From positions 16,120,001-16,184,000 of the forward strand of contig NC_135801.1 of NCBI RefSeq assembly GCF_964213995.1: 64,000 nucleotides of DNA, in the 5' to 3' direction. Position numbers and translations under genes: made by a program. Shown here piece after piece: positions 24,979-37,544 of the stretch; the stretch's first letter is position 1; the number at the start of each line of letters is the position of its first letter. Source of the stretch: Mustelus asterias (lineage: Eukaryota). Below the pieces are notes generated by a model. The model had not been told where the DNA came from, searched no databases, and saw nothing but the letters and a program-made list of their open reading frames with translations.

Positions 24979-25185
24979 ATGCACAGAGTCTTAAATGTGT
25001 ACAGCAGATCCGGACCACTATACAGTAGGAAATCTGTCCAGTGAAGACTCAGCTCTGAGCACAGTGCTTGTCGGAAGAACAGTTCCTGGAAAGAAATAGA
25101 ATGCTTTCACAAGAGGGAGTTCCCCCTACTTCGAATCCTAGAAATAATTTGTCTCGATATGGTCAGTAAACGAGAACGGGATTAA

Positions 25186-25320
25186 AGGCAAATTGCTGCG
25201 GATGCTGGAATCTGAAACCAAAAGAGAAAAAATGCTGGAAAATCTCAGTAGGTCTGGCAGCAACTGTAAGGAGAGAAAAGAGCTGACGTTTCGAGTCCAG
25301 ACTGACCCTTTGTCAAAGCC
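25186..25320 (-). mobile_element. Penelope-like remnant, family B, with hammerhead
   Basis: gcggatgctggaatctgaaac...gctggaaaatctcag...ctgacgtttcgagtcc...gaccctttgtcaaagc. Confidence 0.72.
25281..25320 (-). ncRNA. Minimal type I hammerhead ribozyme motif, U3-A8 variant
   Basis: GGCU-UUGACAA-A-GGGUC(AGUCUG)GACUC-GAAA-CG-UC-AGCU: stem I, core, 5-bp stem II, palindromic ACGU in place of stem III, GUC triplet. Confidence 0.65.
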
Positions 25321-25359
25321 AGAACAAAGCTAATATGAAAACAGGAGTCCCAGGCTCAC

Positions 25360-25585
25360 CTTTGAAAGTAGCATGACCCAGCTTTGTGACTTGCAACTTG
25401 TGGTACATTTCTTCCTCATTGCTGCTACTTGACACTTTGCTCTCTATTAAACCCTTTTCCAGCAATTGTTCCAATGCTTGTTCTATGACTTCCAGAATGC
25501 CTTTCCCTTTGAAGAGTTGTTCCTGCTGCACACCAAGCAGAGTGCCAGCCATGAACTCAACAATTTTATCAAGTGTCTGGGCAAC
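25360..25585 (-). CDS. HELQ: HELQ exon 12
   Basis: VAQTLDKIVEFMAGTLLGVQQ...LLEKGLI...VTKLGHATFK; 226 nt; gtgagc donor. Confidence 0.95.
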
Positions 25586-25922
25586 CTTTTGAGGGGGGAG
25601 TTAAGAAAATACAAATATCAGTCAATAGTCAACTTGAACAACCACTTTCTAGTTAGCTGATAATGATACAGTGTTGCCACACAGTTCAGGCAACTTCATT
25701 GGATCGTCATGGCCATGCTTTTAATTAATATTGCTATCGCACTGGCAACTGTGATATAAAAAACTTTATATAACTTGCCCATTGAATGAAAAACAGCATT
25801 AATTTATCAGCAAAATTTAGTATTAACAGAGCACCATCGTCATTCTACACTGCAATAGTCAATGGTTTCCTAAATTGTGCATTCTGCTTCAATGTATTTT
25901 TGAGTATGATAGAGTTTCTTTT

Positions 25923-26236
25923 GAGGATGGCACAGTGGTTAGCATTGCTGCCTTACAGCGCCAGGGCCCCGGGTTCAATTCCGGCCTCGAGTCAGTGTCT
26001 GTGTGGAGTTCACATGTTCTCCTCATGTCTGTGCGGGTTTCCTCCGGGTGCTCCGGTTTCCTGCCACACTCCAAAGATGTACAGGTTAGGTGGATTAGCC
26101 ATGCTAAATTGCCCCTTTATGTCAGGGAGATTAGGAGGGTAAATGTGTGGGGTTATGGGGATAGGACCTGGGTGGTATTGGTGTTGGTGCAGACTTGATG
26201 GGCCAAATGGCCTCCTTCTGCACTGTAGGGATTCTT
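25923..26236 (+). mobile_element. V-SINE, type-A tail
   Basis: Head, V-domain, CR1-like tail. Confidence 0.9.
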
Positions 26237-27399
26237 TGACATCACAAAATCAACTAAAGCAAGATAGCTATTTGACACTGAGAACAACTAAATGAGTTTT
26301 TTGACACAATATCCTGCAAATGCTTCATATGACTGGTTGGATAGTTAGACTCTTTATGACTATAAACTTTGAAATTATTTTGAGGCTTTCAGTGTATAAT
26401 TAATAAATACTATTTAAAACGTGTTATATTTCAGAGTAAATCCTAAATTTTCTGTTGTCACAGTGAGCAAAGCAGCTTTAATCAAGATTAAATTAAGTAC
26501 AATATTCACTTGGGGTACAAGATGTTAAAAAAATCATGAAACAAAGTTGCTGGGATACAATCATTGTTCATTCAATCATGCACGAGTCAAATGAATACTA
26601 AATCTTTAACAATAAATCTTCATTGTGTGAGGATAAAAGAATGTTACTTAGAACCATCTGAACAACATTCTCAGTGTGTGACTTTTCTTTAACCCAAGTT
26701 CTGTCCATGATTAAAAACAAATAATTCAAGTCCCTTTCTCAATATTCCAAACACTTCAAGAACATGTTCATATTTTTGTTGACAATCTGGTGCCATGATT
26801 CCTTCCTTCTGCTGGGAGCGGGATATAACCTGAACTACCATTTTCTATATACCGAAAAAGACACAACTTTGCCTTATGTTGCAAAATATTTCTATTCTTT
26901 TCTTCAGATAATAATCCTTGTTGAATAACTCATGTTAAACTTGGCTGCTACTAATCCATCAGTCAAAGTGCATATTACAGGTTATGTTACAACAAAAAGG
27001 AAAATGGAAAAGCCAGTTAACTATAGACTTGTTCTATATTGGCATCGGCAAACTATAAGGGAATTAACAAATTATAATTTCTCCTTGACCTCCGACTGTG
27101 CCATTACTCTCAACACCATGGTGGACACCACTGACCTCTTGACCTCTTTAAACTTCTCCACCTCAACAAGGCTTAAGTCGGGTGTGCTAGAATTCTCACC
27201 ATTCTCCTAGATTGAATAGATTGAAACACTCAACAAGTTCAACACCATTTGAGCTAAAGCAGTTTGTTTGATTAGCTTCTCTGCAACTGAACTCAACATC
27301 CACCCCTCCACCACTAGCGTACAATGTACAGACCACATTGCAGTAACTCCCCAAGCTTACTTCAATAGCATTTCCCTACCCTGTGACCTCTACCATCAA

Positions 27400-27522
27400 A
27401 TAAGACGTCTCCCAACACCAGGTTAAAGTCCAACAGGTTTATATGGTATCATGAGCTTTTGGAGCATTGCTCCTTCATCAGGTGAGTGAGTCGGTCCAAC
27501 GGTGGCATCTGCACATCATGGC
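27400..27522 (-). mobile_element. Penelope-like remnant, family A
   Basis: caacaccaggttaaagtccaacaggttt...ctccttcatcaggtgag followed by a direct tail fragment. Confidence 0.7.
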
Positions 27523-28000
27523 TACCAAGTAAGACAAGAGCAACAATAACATGGGAACACCATCAGCTCCAAGTTCCCCTCCAAGTCACACACTAAACTG
27601 ACCGAGATATAATCACCATTCTTTCATTGTTGCTGGGTCAATATTCTCATGTTTCTTGCTTCTCATCATCGTGGGAGTAATATAACAGTTCAAAGAGAAG
27701 AAGCACGATCACTTCCTCAGCGTAATTAGAGATAGCTAAAAATGTCAGCCTTACTGCCATCAGTCACCTCGCAAGAATAAATTAAAAGGCAAGTACCACC
27801 ATGAGGAAAAACACGGGTGAAAGAAAAAATGGACGTTGAGGGGCAATCAACATAGGTTTGTAAATCTGGTAACTTCATCAAGTTCAGAGAAAAACTAGCT
27901 AACTTTATAGAAATAAGAAGTGATTTCAAACTTAGAAAAAATATTTGATGAAGTGCCGCACAAGTGCTTTGTGAAGGTCTCTATCCCGAAAGTAAAATGG

Positions 28001-28268
28001 TTAAAGTTTATTTTATTAGGCCTACATTAATACTGCAATGAAGTTACTGTGAAAATTCCCTAGTTGCCACACTCCGGCGCTTGTTCAGGTACACTGAGGG
28101 AGAATTTAGCATGGCCAATGCACCTAACCAGCATGTCTTTCAGACTGTGGGAGGCAACCCACGCAGACACGGGGAGAACGTGCAAACTCTGCACAGACAG
28201 TGCCCCAAGCCGGGAATCGAACCCGGGTCCCTGGCACTGTGAGACAGCAGTGCTAACTACTGTGCCAC
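28001..28268 (-). mobile_element. V-SINE, type-B tail
   Basis: Head, V-domain and type-B tail. Confidence 0.9.
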
Positions 28269-29061
28269 GATGGTAGCGTGGATGAAGAATTATAAGCAGC
28301 GAGTGGAGTGAATGTCTATTTCTTGGATTGGTTAGGCATACTTGGGGGCATGTACTGGAACTTCTTTTTCTCTATATCTACATAGATGATGAAGACACAG
28401 TTGTTGCTGGAACATCAGATACTTGTGCAGCTGAATATATAATCCAAAACTACACATAACTGGAATTTGTAGGAAAGCTTAAATCCTCATTTGATTCAGG
28501 TTATATTTAATCATCACGTGTCATCCCTCAGACTGGCACCTCGCATAAAATATAGCAAAAAAGTTGAATTGTGAATATGAATTTTAGGCCAAAACAAGCA
28601 ATATGTTTGATTTACTCGTGGTGAACAAAAGTTCACATGTTTCAGTAAAACCATCCTTCCGAGTCATTAAAAAACCTCTTCCTTGAAATGTGATATAGGA
28701 CTGGATGGGGAAGCCTGACAACTTTAAGGATATAATGTTTATATAGTTTGACTATTAGAGATTCTCTTAGTAAACAATCCAACATGGAATAATTGATGTA
28801 ATTACAAAGCAATAATCATTAAGGTATTCCAATTATCAGAGTAGCTAAGCTATGTTGTCATTTCTTTCTGAACCTCAGCATGACAATAAATACTGACTAT
28901 TACATCTCAATTATTAACTCTTAATTGTTACTTGATGACTTGTGCTTTTGTCATTAATCTTTCAGCATACATTTAAGATCAGTGGAGTATACTGGTTAAT
29001 TAATTGTTGCTATGGTTTTTGCAATTAGCAAAAGAAAACCCACAAATTAACTACAACATTT

Positions 29062-29348
29062 GGTGGTATAGTGGTTAGCACTGTTGCCTCACAGGGACCA
29101 GAGTTCAATTCCGGCCTCGAGTCACTGTCTGTGTGAATTTGCACTTTCTGCCCGTGTCTGTGTGGGTTTCCTTCGGGTGCCCCGGTTTCCTCCCACAGTC
29201 CAAAGATGTGTGCGTTCGGTTGATTGGCCACGCTAAGTTGACCCTAGTGTCAGCAGGGTTACGGTGATAGGGCCTGGGTGGGATGTGATCGGTACAGACT
29301 CGATGAACCGAATGGCCTCCTTCTGTACTGTAGGGATTCTATGGATTC
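29062..29348 (+). mobile_element. V-SINE, type-A tail
   Basis: Head, V-domain and type-A tail. Confidence 0.88.
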
Positions 29349-29647
29349 ACAAGGGCCCTGAAACACGTTTATCTAACTTTTCTTTGTTACTTTTGCAAAA
29401 ATGTCAAATGCGTTAATTTTTCTGCTAAAATAGTAAAGAGAGGAACTTTGTAAAGAAATATTAATCATTCAATATAAATATAATTCATGGTGTAGATACT
29501 GAAACGATGCTTTCTTTCATCATCTCAGAAGAACATGGTTTTGTTTGACAGGACAGAAAAAAAATGAACAAATTATAACCTGTTACCAGTTTAAGTGCAC
29601 AGTGCCCACATACTGCTACTGTTTTTTTACCATATGTGATAACGTAC

Positions 29648-29752
29648 CTTTAGCCCAATCAGAGATAGCAGCAAATCCTTAATTCCTTTTTCATTGTCAT
29701 GCAGGAGATTGCTGTAGCAACCTTCTAGAGGTCTGCTCACTAAGTCTCTAAC
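29648..29752 (-). CDS. HELQ: HELQ exon 11
   Basis: VRDLVSRPLEGCYSNLLHDNEKGIKDLLLSLIGLK; 105 nt. Confidence 0.95.
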
Positions 29753-30270
29753 CTGTAGATGGAGATGCAAAGACATGAAAAGTTGCCACAACTTGGTAAA
29801 TGCTGAATACCATGCAACAACATATGAGCGAGTAGGAGATGGGATTTGTTTTCCCCCATGTGGGATCCCTAATTTCTGACTTTCCTCAGCCATTTATGAA
29901 GACATCATTCAATATGATTTTCCTGATAAAGAGAGTTGTCCAGTTAACTCAGGTTCCTTGTATGTTTCTCTGGCTGACTAGCTTGGTTGTTGGTATAAAT
30001 AGCTCTGCCCGAAGGATAGGTGTTTGCCTGTCTCTTGAAAGTGGAACACACGTGGATAGAATAGCATGGAGTTTTAGTTTTGGGTACAATCTGTGATCGG
30101 GACATAAATGATGCCTAAAATTGTGCTAGTTTTGAGAAGCGTTTATTTTCCTTCAAATTCATTTGTAAATCGCCAAATGTAAAATCTACCAGGAACCAAT
30201 GCAATTGGGCAGTATTTTAGAATGTAATTTTTCAAGACAAAAAAATTGCTGTAAAAAATATTTAAGAGTA

Positions 30271-30571
30271 TTAAAGTTTATTTATTAGTGTCACAAGTAG
30301 GCTTACATTAACACTGCAATGAAATTACTGTGAAAATCCCCTCGTTGCCACACTCCGGCGCCTGTTTGGGTACACTGAGGGAGAATTTAGCATGGCCAAT
30401 GCACCTAACCAGCACATCTTTCGGACTGTGGGAGGAAACTGGAGCACCCGGAGGAAACCCATGCAGACATGGGGAGAACATGCAAACTCCATACAGACAG
30501 GCTCCCAAACCGGGAATCGAACCTGGGTCCCTGGCACTGTGAGGCAGCAGTGCTAACCACTGTGCCACCGT
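30271..30571 (-). mobile_element. V-SINE, type-B tail
   Basis: Near full-length copy. Confidence 0.92.
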
Positions 30572-31111
30572 ATTAACTCGGTGTAGTTTGAATAATGCAG
30601 CGAAAAATTAGTTTCACAAAGAAAGTATTTTTAATCAGTCCACAATCAATGATTAATCCTATTTTAAATATCTAGAAAAATAATTTAAAAAACTATACAA
30701 AACAATTTGTTAGATATATTGATGTATAGTAGTAATTTTCTTAGTAAGTACAAAAAAAATCAAAAGCTTTTAAAATGTACATTTTAGTGTTCTGGTGCCC
30801 AAAAACTCCATTTTAAACGCCTCTTTGATGATCCAAGAATGGGAGCATTAGCAGAAACGTAGAAAGGTGATCAATTCAATTTGAGGGCGAGACTAATTCT
30901 GTGGGGGTAGGCAATCTTCTCCAACAATGTTTTTTAAACTAGATCTAAGGATCGCATAAACTCAATTTGTGCTAGATGTAATTTGCGCTTGAAATTCAAC
31001 TATCTTTGCCGCTGGTGCGGCACTTTCAGACTAAATTGCACTGGATAAAACTGCACAATCTAGCAGAATCTCTAGGCCAATAGTCCTAAATAGGTGGAAA
31101 TATTTGCCCAT

Positions 31112-31355
31112 ACGGTGGGTACAGCGATTAGCACTGCTGCCTTACAGTGCCAGGGACCGGGTTCGATTCCCAGCTTGGCTCACTGTCTGTGTAGAGTTTG
31201 CATGTTCTCCCCGTGTCTGCGTGGGTTTCCTCCAGGTGCTCTGGTTTCCTCCCACTGTCTGAAAGACGTGCTGATTAGTTACATTGGCCATGCTAAATTC
31301 TCCCTCAGTGTACCCAAACAGGCGCGGAGTGTGACAATTAGGGGATTTTCACAGT
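31112..31355 (+). mobile_element. V-SINE, type-B tail, 3'-truncated
   Basis: Head, V-domain and partial type-B tail. Confidence 0.88.
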
Positions 31356-31679
31356 AGAATTGGGTTAGAATTGAAGGCAGCATTTCTAGGTAGAAATTTA
31401 AGAACAGCAGTAAGTCATTCAGCTTCTCAAGGCAGTTCGGCATTTCATTTAGACCATGATCAATCTGCACCTCAGCTGCACTTACTCACCTTGGTTCTGT
31501 ATTCCATTCATATTCTTGTTGATGTCTTGTCAATAACATTCAACAGGTTTGCTAATGTCAATTACAATGTTAAGATTAAGAGAAACAGGGTGAAAGGCAT
31601 TAGTTGCCTTTCAGCACATACAAATAGGGGACAACTGGGCAGGAGAGACATGAGACTGAACAAGTCAATAAACTCTCAA

Positions 31680-31860
31680 AAAAGCAAAATAACGCAGATG
31701 CTGGAAATTTGAAATAAAAACAGAAAATGATGGATAAACTTGGCAGATCTGGCAGAGTTCAAGTCCAATTGGGTCATCTTGAAACCAAAACACTAACTCT
31801 GTTTCTCTCTGCACAGATGCTGTCAGACCTGCTGAGATTTTCCAGCACGTTCTATTTTTA
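31680..31860. mobile_element. Penelope-like remnant, family B, inverted structure (older)
   Basis: gcagatgctggaaat...cagatgctgtcagacctgctgagattttccagca. Confidence 0.65.
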
Positions 31861-32967
31861 TCCCAGTTCATGCAACGTAGCCTCATAATTGAGACGTTTT
31901 TATTCCTTGGTATCATGCTGGTGAAAGTGCACTGTACCCTTTCCAAGACCGATACGTCTTTCCTGAATGAGGGTCAGTGCCCAAAAACAACCATAGTACT
32001 CCAGAGAGAGTGCCTTATACCTGAAGCATAGTTCACTTTTGAATTCCAAAATTCCTTAAGATCAAGGTCAACATTTCATTAGCCTTTTCGCTTACATTTG
32101 TATCTGTGTTTTTAGTGACTTGTGTAGATGGGCCCCTGAAATCCATCCCTCCTCAACCTCTCCTAGCCACTCAACATTCAGAAAATATTTGTCTTTCTGG
32201 ATCCAAAGTGGGCAATTACACACTTCTCTACATTGAACTCCAACTGTGACAGTTTTACTCAGATCATTTAGTCTTTCATTGTCCCATTAACTTAGTACCA
32301 TTTGCAATCTTGGATATTCAACTCTTTATTCTGACACCCAAGTCATTAGTGTATATGATAAAATATCTGAGGCTTTAGAACAGACGCCTGAGGAACTTCA
32401 ATTGTCATATCCTGTCAATCAGAGAACAAACCCTTTATCTCTACTCTCTGTCTCTACTTCCATCCAGTTACATAGAAAATAGAAGCAGGAGAGGGCCATT
32501 TGGCTTTTTGAGCCTGCACCACCATTCATTATGATCATGGTTGATCATCCAACTCAATAGTCTAATCTCGTCATTCCCCCCTATCCTTTGATCCCCTTTG
32601 CCTCAAGTGCTATATCTAACTGCTTCCTGAAAACATTCAATGTTTTGGCCTCAACTGCTTTCTGTGGTAGCGAATTCCAAAGGCTGACCACTCTCTGGGT
32701 GAAGAGTTAACGACCATTTCCCTTGTGCCTTTCTCACAGCTAGATAATGACTCTTTGGGTGGAGGGAGTGCTGATCTCCCAGTCTTGACTGAGGCTTTTA
32801 ACTGGAGCTTAAGCAAAATGTATTTTTTCAGATGGATTCATTGGTGATAGACTTTGAATGTAATTATAGATGTGAAACAGTCTATTACATCTAAAATAAA
32901 CCACACAAGTTATACACGTACATGTAGATTTAATGACAGTAAAATGTAATTTTTAAAATGACTTTAC

Positions 32968-33109
32968 CAGCTTTTTGTCCTGCTCTTGTGTAATCAGAAT
33001 GCTTTCTCCCTGTGTATCAATACCAGCTCGCCCAGCTCTGCCGATCATTTGTTTGTACTGACTTCTCCTCAGGAAATCTCTGGCAACATAAGGTGATCTC
33101 AGAACAACC
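32968..33109 (-). CDS. HELQ: HELQ exon 10
   Basis: [39 protein letters not shown] (motif VI); 142 nt. Confidence 0.97.
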
Positions 33110-33227
33110 CTTGAAAAGAATAAAATAAATATAAATCAAATCAGCAAAATCAGAACAATGTGGACTATTAGCAATTCATCATCTCAATGAACATCTGACA
33201 GTGAAAAGCTCAAAAAGCTTTCTCCAA

Positions 33228-33535
33228 GGGTGGCACAGTAGTTAGCACTGTTGCCTCACAACGCCAGGGACCCGGGTTCGATTCCCAGTTTGGGTCACTG
33301 TCTGTGCGGAGTTTGCACATTCTCCCCGTGTCTGCGTGGGTTTCCTCCGGGTGCTCCGGTTTCCTTCCACAGTCCGAAAGACGTGCTGGTTAGGTGCATT
33401 GGCCATGATAAATTCTCTCTCAGTGTACCCGAATAGGCGCCAGAGTAATGCGACGAGGGGATTTTCAGAGTAACTTCATTGCAGTGTTAATGTAAGCCTA
33501 CTTGTGACACTAATAAATAAACTTTAAAACTAAAC
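33228..33535 (+). mobile_element. V-SINE, type-B tail
   Basis: Full-length copy. Confidence 0.92.
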
Positions 33536-33852
33536 TAAACACACAGTAAAAATCAGTACTGGTCAGTTTACAGACACAGAGAATGCCTAGATCACTTCTA
33601 GAAATACAAATGTGCAGATGCCAGACCAGTAGAGGATCAGACAATAAATACTAAGTTGGCTTCCACAGCTTGGTAGCATTGACTTTCCATACTGAGAAAA
33701 ATATCAAAAACTGCAGTCTCACCAACAGAAATTCAGCAATAATCATCACTTTGAGAGTGGGTAAATATAAATTTAAAAACCAATGAAAGTACACGTTTTT
33801 GCGGTTTTGCAAGTTTTCTTTCCTTCCTAGCATTTCCATGCATCCAAGATTG

Positions 33853-34157
33853 TGGGTGGCACAGTGGTTAGCACTGCTGTCTCACAGTGCCAAGGACCCA
33901 GGTTCGATTCCAGGCTTGGGTCACTGTCTGTACGGAATCTGCACATTCTCCCTGTGTCTGCGTGGGTTTCCTCCGGGTGCTCCAGTTTCCTCCCACAGTC
34001 CGAAAGATGTGCTGGTTAGGTGCATTGGCCATGCTAAATTCTCCCTCAGTGTACCCAAACAGGCGCCGGAGTGTGGCGACCAGGGGATTTTCAGAGTAAC
34101 TTAATTGCAGTGTTAATGTAAGCCTACTTGTGACACTTATGAATAAATTTAAAACTT
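33853..34157 (+). mobile_element. V-SINE, type-B tail
   Basis: Full-length copy. Confidence 0.92.
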
Positions 34158-35425
34158 AGGATTGTTGAGTTAACACTTGGATGGGTTTGGAGAGTAGATG
34201 CGATGTGCTCAATGATAATTCAGCATATTATTTGCAATCCAATCATCTGTCTCATTGTGACAATGTTAGCAAGAATTGATACTAAAATTATTTGATATCA
34301 GTATCTGTATAAGTCTCAGTCACAGGGGGCTCACCAAAATAGCAGTGATGATTCATTGTAATGTTCAATTTGTAGGTTTTTAATTGATTTAAAACAATCC
34401 TTTCCTCCTGTTTGAGCACACCATTTTCCTACTCTAATGCAGCTAGAATATCCAGACCTGAGGTAGAAGTAACTGGCTCCATGTTCCTAACCTTGTCATG
34501 CCTCAGTCTTTTACAGGAAGCTTCCCTCAATGTCTGAAAGATTCTAAAGTATTCAAAACGGTGTTTCAATTAAAAGATCAGTAGGTGGAAATCTACCCAT
34601 GATGTCCTAAATCCTGGGGAAGGCCTGACGATGGCCAGTCAAGTGACTAATTTGGTTGGACTTCCCACAGTGAAGTGATACAGGTTTCCAACCAGTCCCC
34701 CAACCAATGGGCAGGATCTGCATCGGATCTTGACCAGAGAGGCCAAAAGGGTGGCTGATGTGGAAAGCGGAAAAAAAATCATGTTGGTGAATGTGGAACT
34801 GATTGTTGGAGCAAAAGTACTCTGCAGTAGGCTTGTGCATTATTCTCTGATAAGAGCCACGTGCTAACATAAGGTGCTCAAAGTAAAAATATACTTGATT
34901 CATCAACGGTTTTATTATTCACTAAAATTCTCCTTCAACACCCCCCCTCCTCCAAACAGTATGTTAGTTTAGTTCAAGGAAATACTGAATGAAAGCCTGA
35001 ATCTATTGTAGGTATTTTTAAAAATTACCTTGCCCTCCATAAGTTGACCACTGTATTGGGACGCAGTCAGTAGAAGCCCTCTCATACCCTACCCATTTAG
35101 TCATGCTTCGCGTGTGAGCATGAACAGTGAGGGTTACCCATCTACTCCACTCTGCAGACTATCATTACTGGACAAATTGCATCCTGTTGCAAAGTGCATA
35201 AAAATAGATGCCTTGATTATTGCAGGTATACTGTATACCTGTGAATGTCTTCTGGTATCCATTGTCTTGACCCAACGTATCAAGAATGGCCACCTAGTAA
35301 TGTGGTATGTCCTTATCGAGTGGTCCTTAAATTGTGAATGTGTAAAGATGAGAAAAACCCAGGAAATTCCATCTATTCAAGCAGCACATTTTCTCCCCAA
35401 TTGTGCGTAACGATTTGGCACTGAC

Positions 35426-35665
35426 CTTCGAGCTGGTAGGTTAACACCAGCAGCAAGTGTTGATGTACAAGTAAGTAAGCAGAGTATCCCTTCGGAATAG
35501 GCCTCCTCTATAAGCTTTCGTTCATCACTTGTTAGCCCACTGTGGTGGTAAGCTAATCCATATGGCACAGTCTGACGTAAAATGGGGCACACGATACCAT
35601 TTCCAATGCTTTTCAATTCTTCAATAAGAATACACTTTTCTTTCTGTTTTAGGGTTATGAATGAC
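35426..35665 (-). CDS. HELQ: HELQ exon 9
   Basis: ...[24 protein letters not shown]...[16 protein letters not shown] (motif V); 240 nt. Confidence 0.97.
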
Positions 35666-37231
35666 CTGGGGAAAGCAGATTATTGAGAAGATTAAATATA
35701 AATACATGAGTGCATTCTGAGCATGATTTCAATATCCTCTACTGGACTGCATCCCAAAGTTTCTGCCCAAAGTGAGGTCTGATCCACAGTTCCAGCACCT
35801 CCACCGCGGACAGGGCAAGGAGGCAGGTCCAAAATCTACCCCAACTGCAACAGTTGTTGGCACCAATCTGGTCCATTCTGGCTGTTCAGCCAATGAGTCG
35901 GAGTTGCTATGGCAACATACAAATTTACATGCATGTTGTAGCCTGGAGCAATGCCTAACCAGGAATCTCTCCTGCTCCTACTGCCAGCCATTGACATATG
36001 TTGGAAGGATTTACAAGTTGAAACTCAACCTGCTTAGCTGAGTTATGAATGCACATTCCTTGGCCATCAAGGGTTTCTGGCTTGGAGCCAGAAACTCTAT
36101 GACTGTGCCATAAGATCTCCTGATTTTAAGGTAACAATTTAATTTTAGCGTTTAAATGATGCTTTTCACTCGCTACCATATTTATATTTGAAACACCGAG
36201 AAGTTGAAAGACAGAAGCAGGCCATTGGCCTAACAAGCCCATTTTGGCATTTATCCTCTGCACAGTATAGTCCTAATCATACTTACCCACCTTGTTCCTC
36301 TATTCCTTCTTCATCTTATTCAATCTATTCCTGAATGTTGATGGATGGTGGGATTTTCTGGCCCTTCTCGCCAGCGGGTTCTTCTGGTCCTGCCGAAGGC
36401 GATCCCCTGCGACGGGGTGAGACTAACAAAACACCGTAGACTTTGGAGGGACCAGAAGATCATGCTGGCAGCCAATGGCAAAGCAACCTCCGTCACCAGA
36501 AAACACAGCGCGGGGGCCGGAAATCCCAGTCACAGTTGCTGCCTAAATTCTACAGCCTTGCGACTCTCCGTTTAAAGAGGTTCTCCTGCTCTCTTTTTGA
36601 AATCTTACATTTAAAGCCTGTATGTATGGTTCCTTGTTTCTAGACACCTTCACTGCTGGAAACAGTTTCTATCCACCCAACCTTTCATAGTGTTAAACAA
36701 TAATAATCATCACTCTGAACAGATTAGATTAGGCTCAGAATCATTCTAGGTCATGTTTATATTAAGTGATTAACCTGATGCCATTTTGGCTTGGTGTTTT
36801 TTATCAAAACGATTATTAGTTTACATTCTCACTAATTGCTGTATGAAGGATTAACAATTGTAATGTTACATTCAGATGAGACATTAAATCAAGGCGCATT
36901 CACTCCACCATTTCAGAGTTGAAGAGATTTCTTTCCTGATTGGAATCCAGAGAGAAGTATTGTGAGACCTCTAGAACAAATAATTTCACATCGCTTCAGG
37001 TGAATTGCAGTGTGATTGTAACATAATGCCAAACATGCCTAACGGATTTCCTGGAAGCATCTGGACATTTTTGCAAACCTACCTGCAATAATTTCAGTCT
37101 TTATACAATGTGATCTTTATTTTACGTAGATATGAAGTCTGCTTGTGCACATCACGATTCTGGATAGCTAAACTTAAATTTCAGCCAGGTTCCGTGAACA
37201 AGGGAGTGTCCAGCTGAAAGTTGAACTGGAA

Positions 37232-37544
37232 CCATAGAATCCCTACAGTGCAGAAGGAGGCCATTCGGCCCTTTGAGTCTGCAATGACCACAATCCCACC
37301 CAGGCCCTATCCCCATAACCTAACATATTTACCCTGCTAATCCCCCTGACACTAGGGTCAATTTAGCATGGCCAATCAACCTAACCCGCACATCTTTGGA
37401 CTGTGGGAGGAAAGCAGAGCACCCAGAGGAAACCCAAGCAGACACGGGGAGAATGTACAAACTCCACACAGAGAGTGACCTCACACCGGAATTGAACTGG
37501 GTCCCTGGTGCTGTGAGGCAGCAGTGCTAACCACTATGCCACCG
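37232..37544 (-). mobile_element. V-SINE, type-A tail
   Basis: Full-length copy. Confidence 0.9.
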
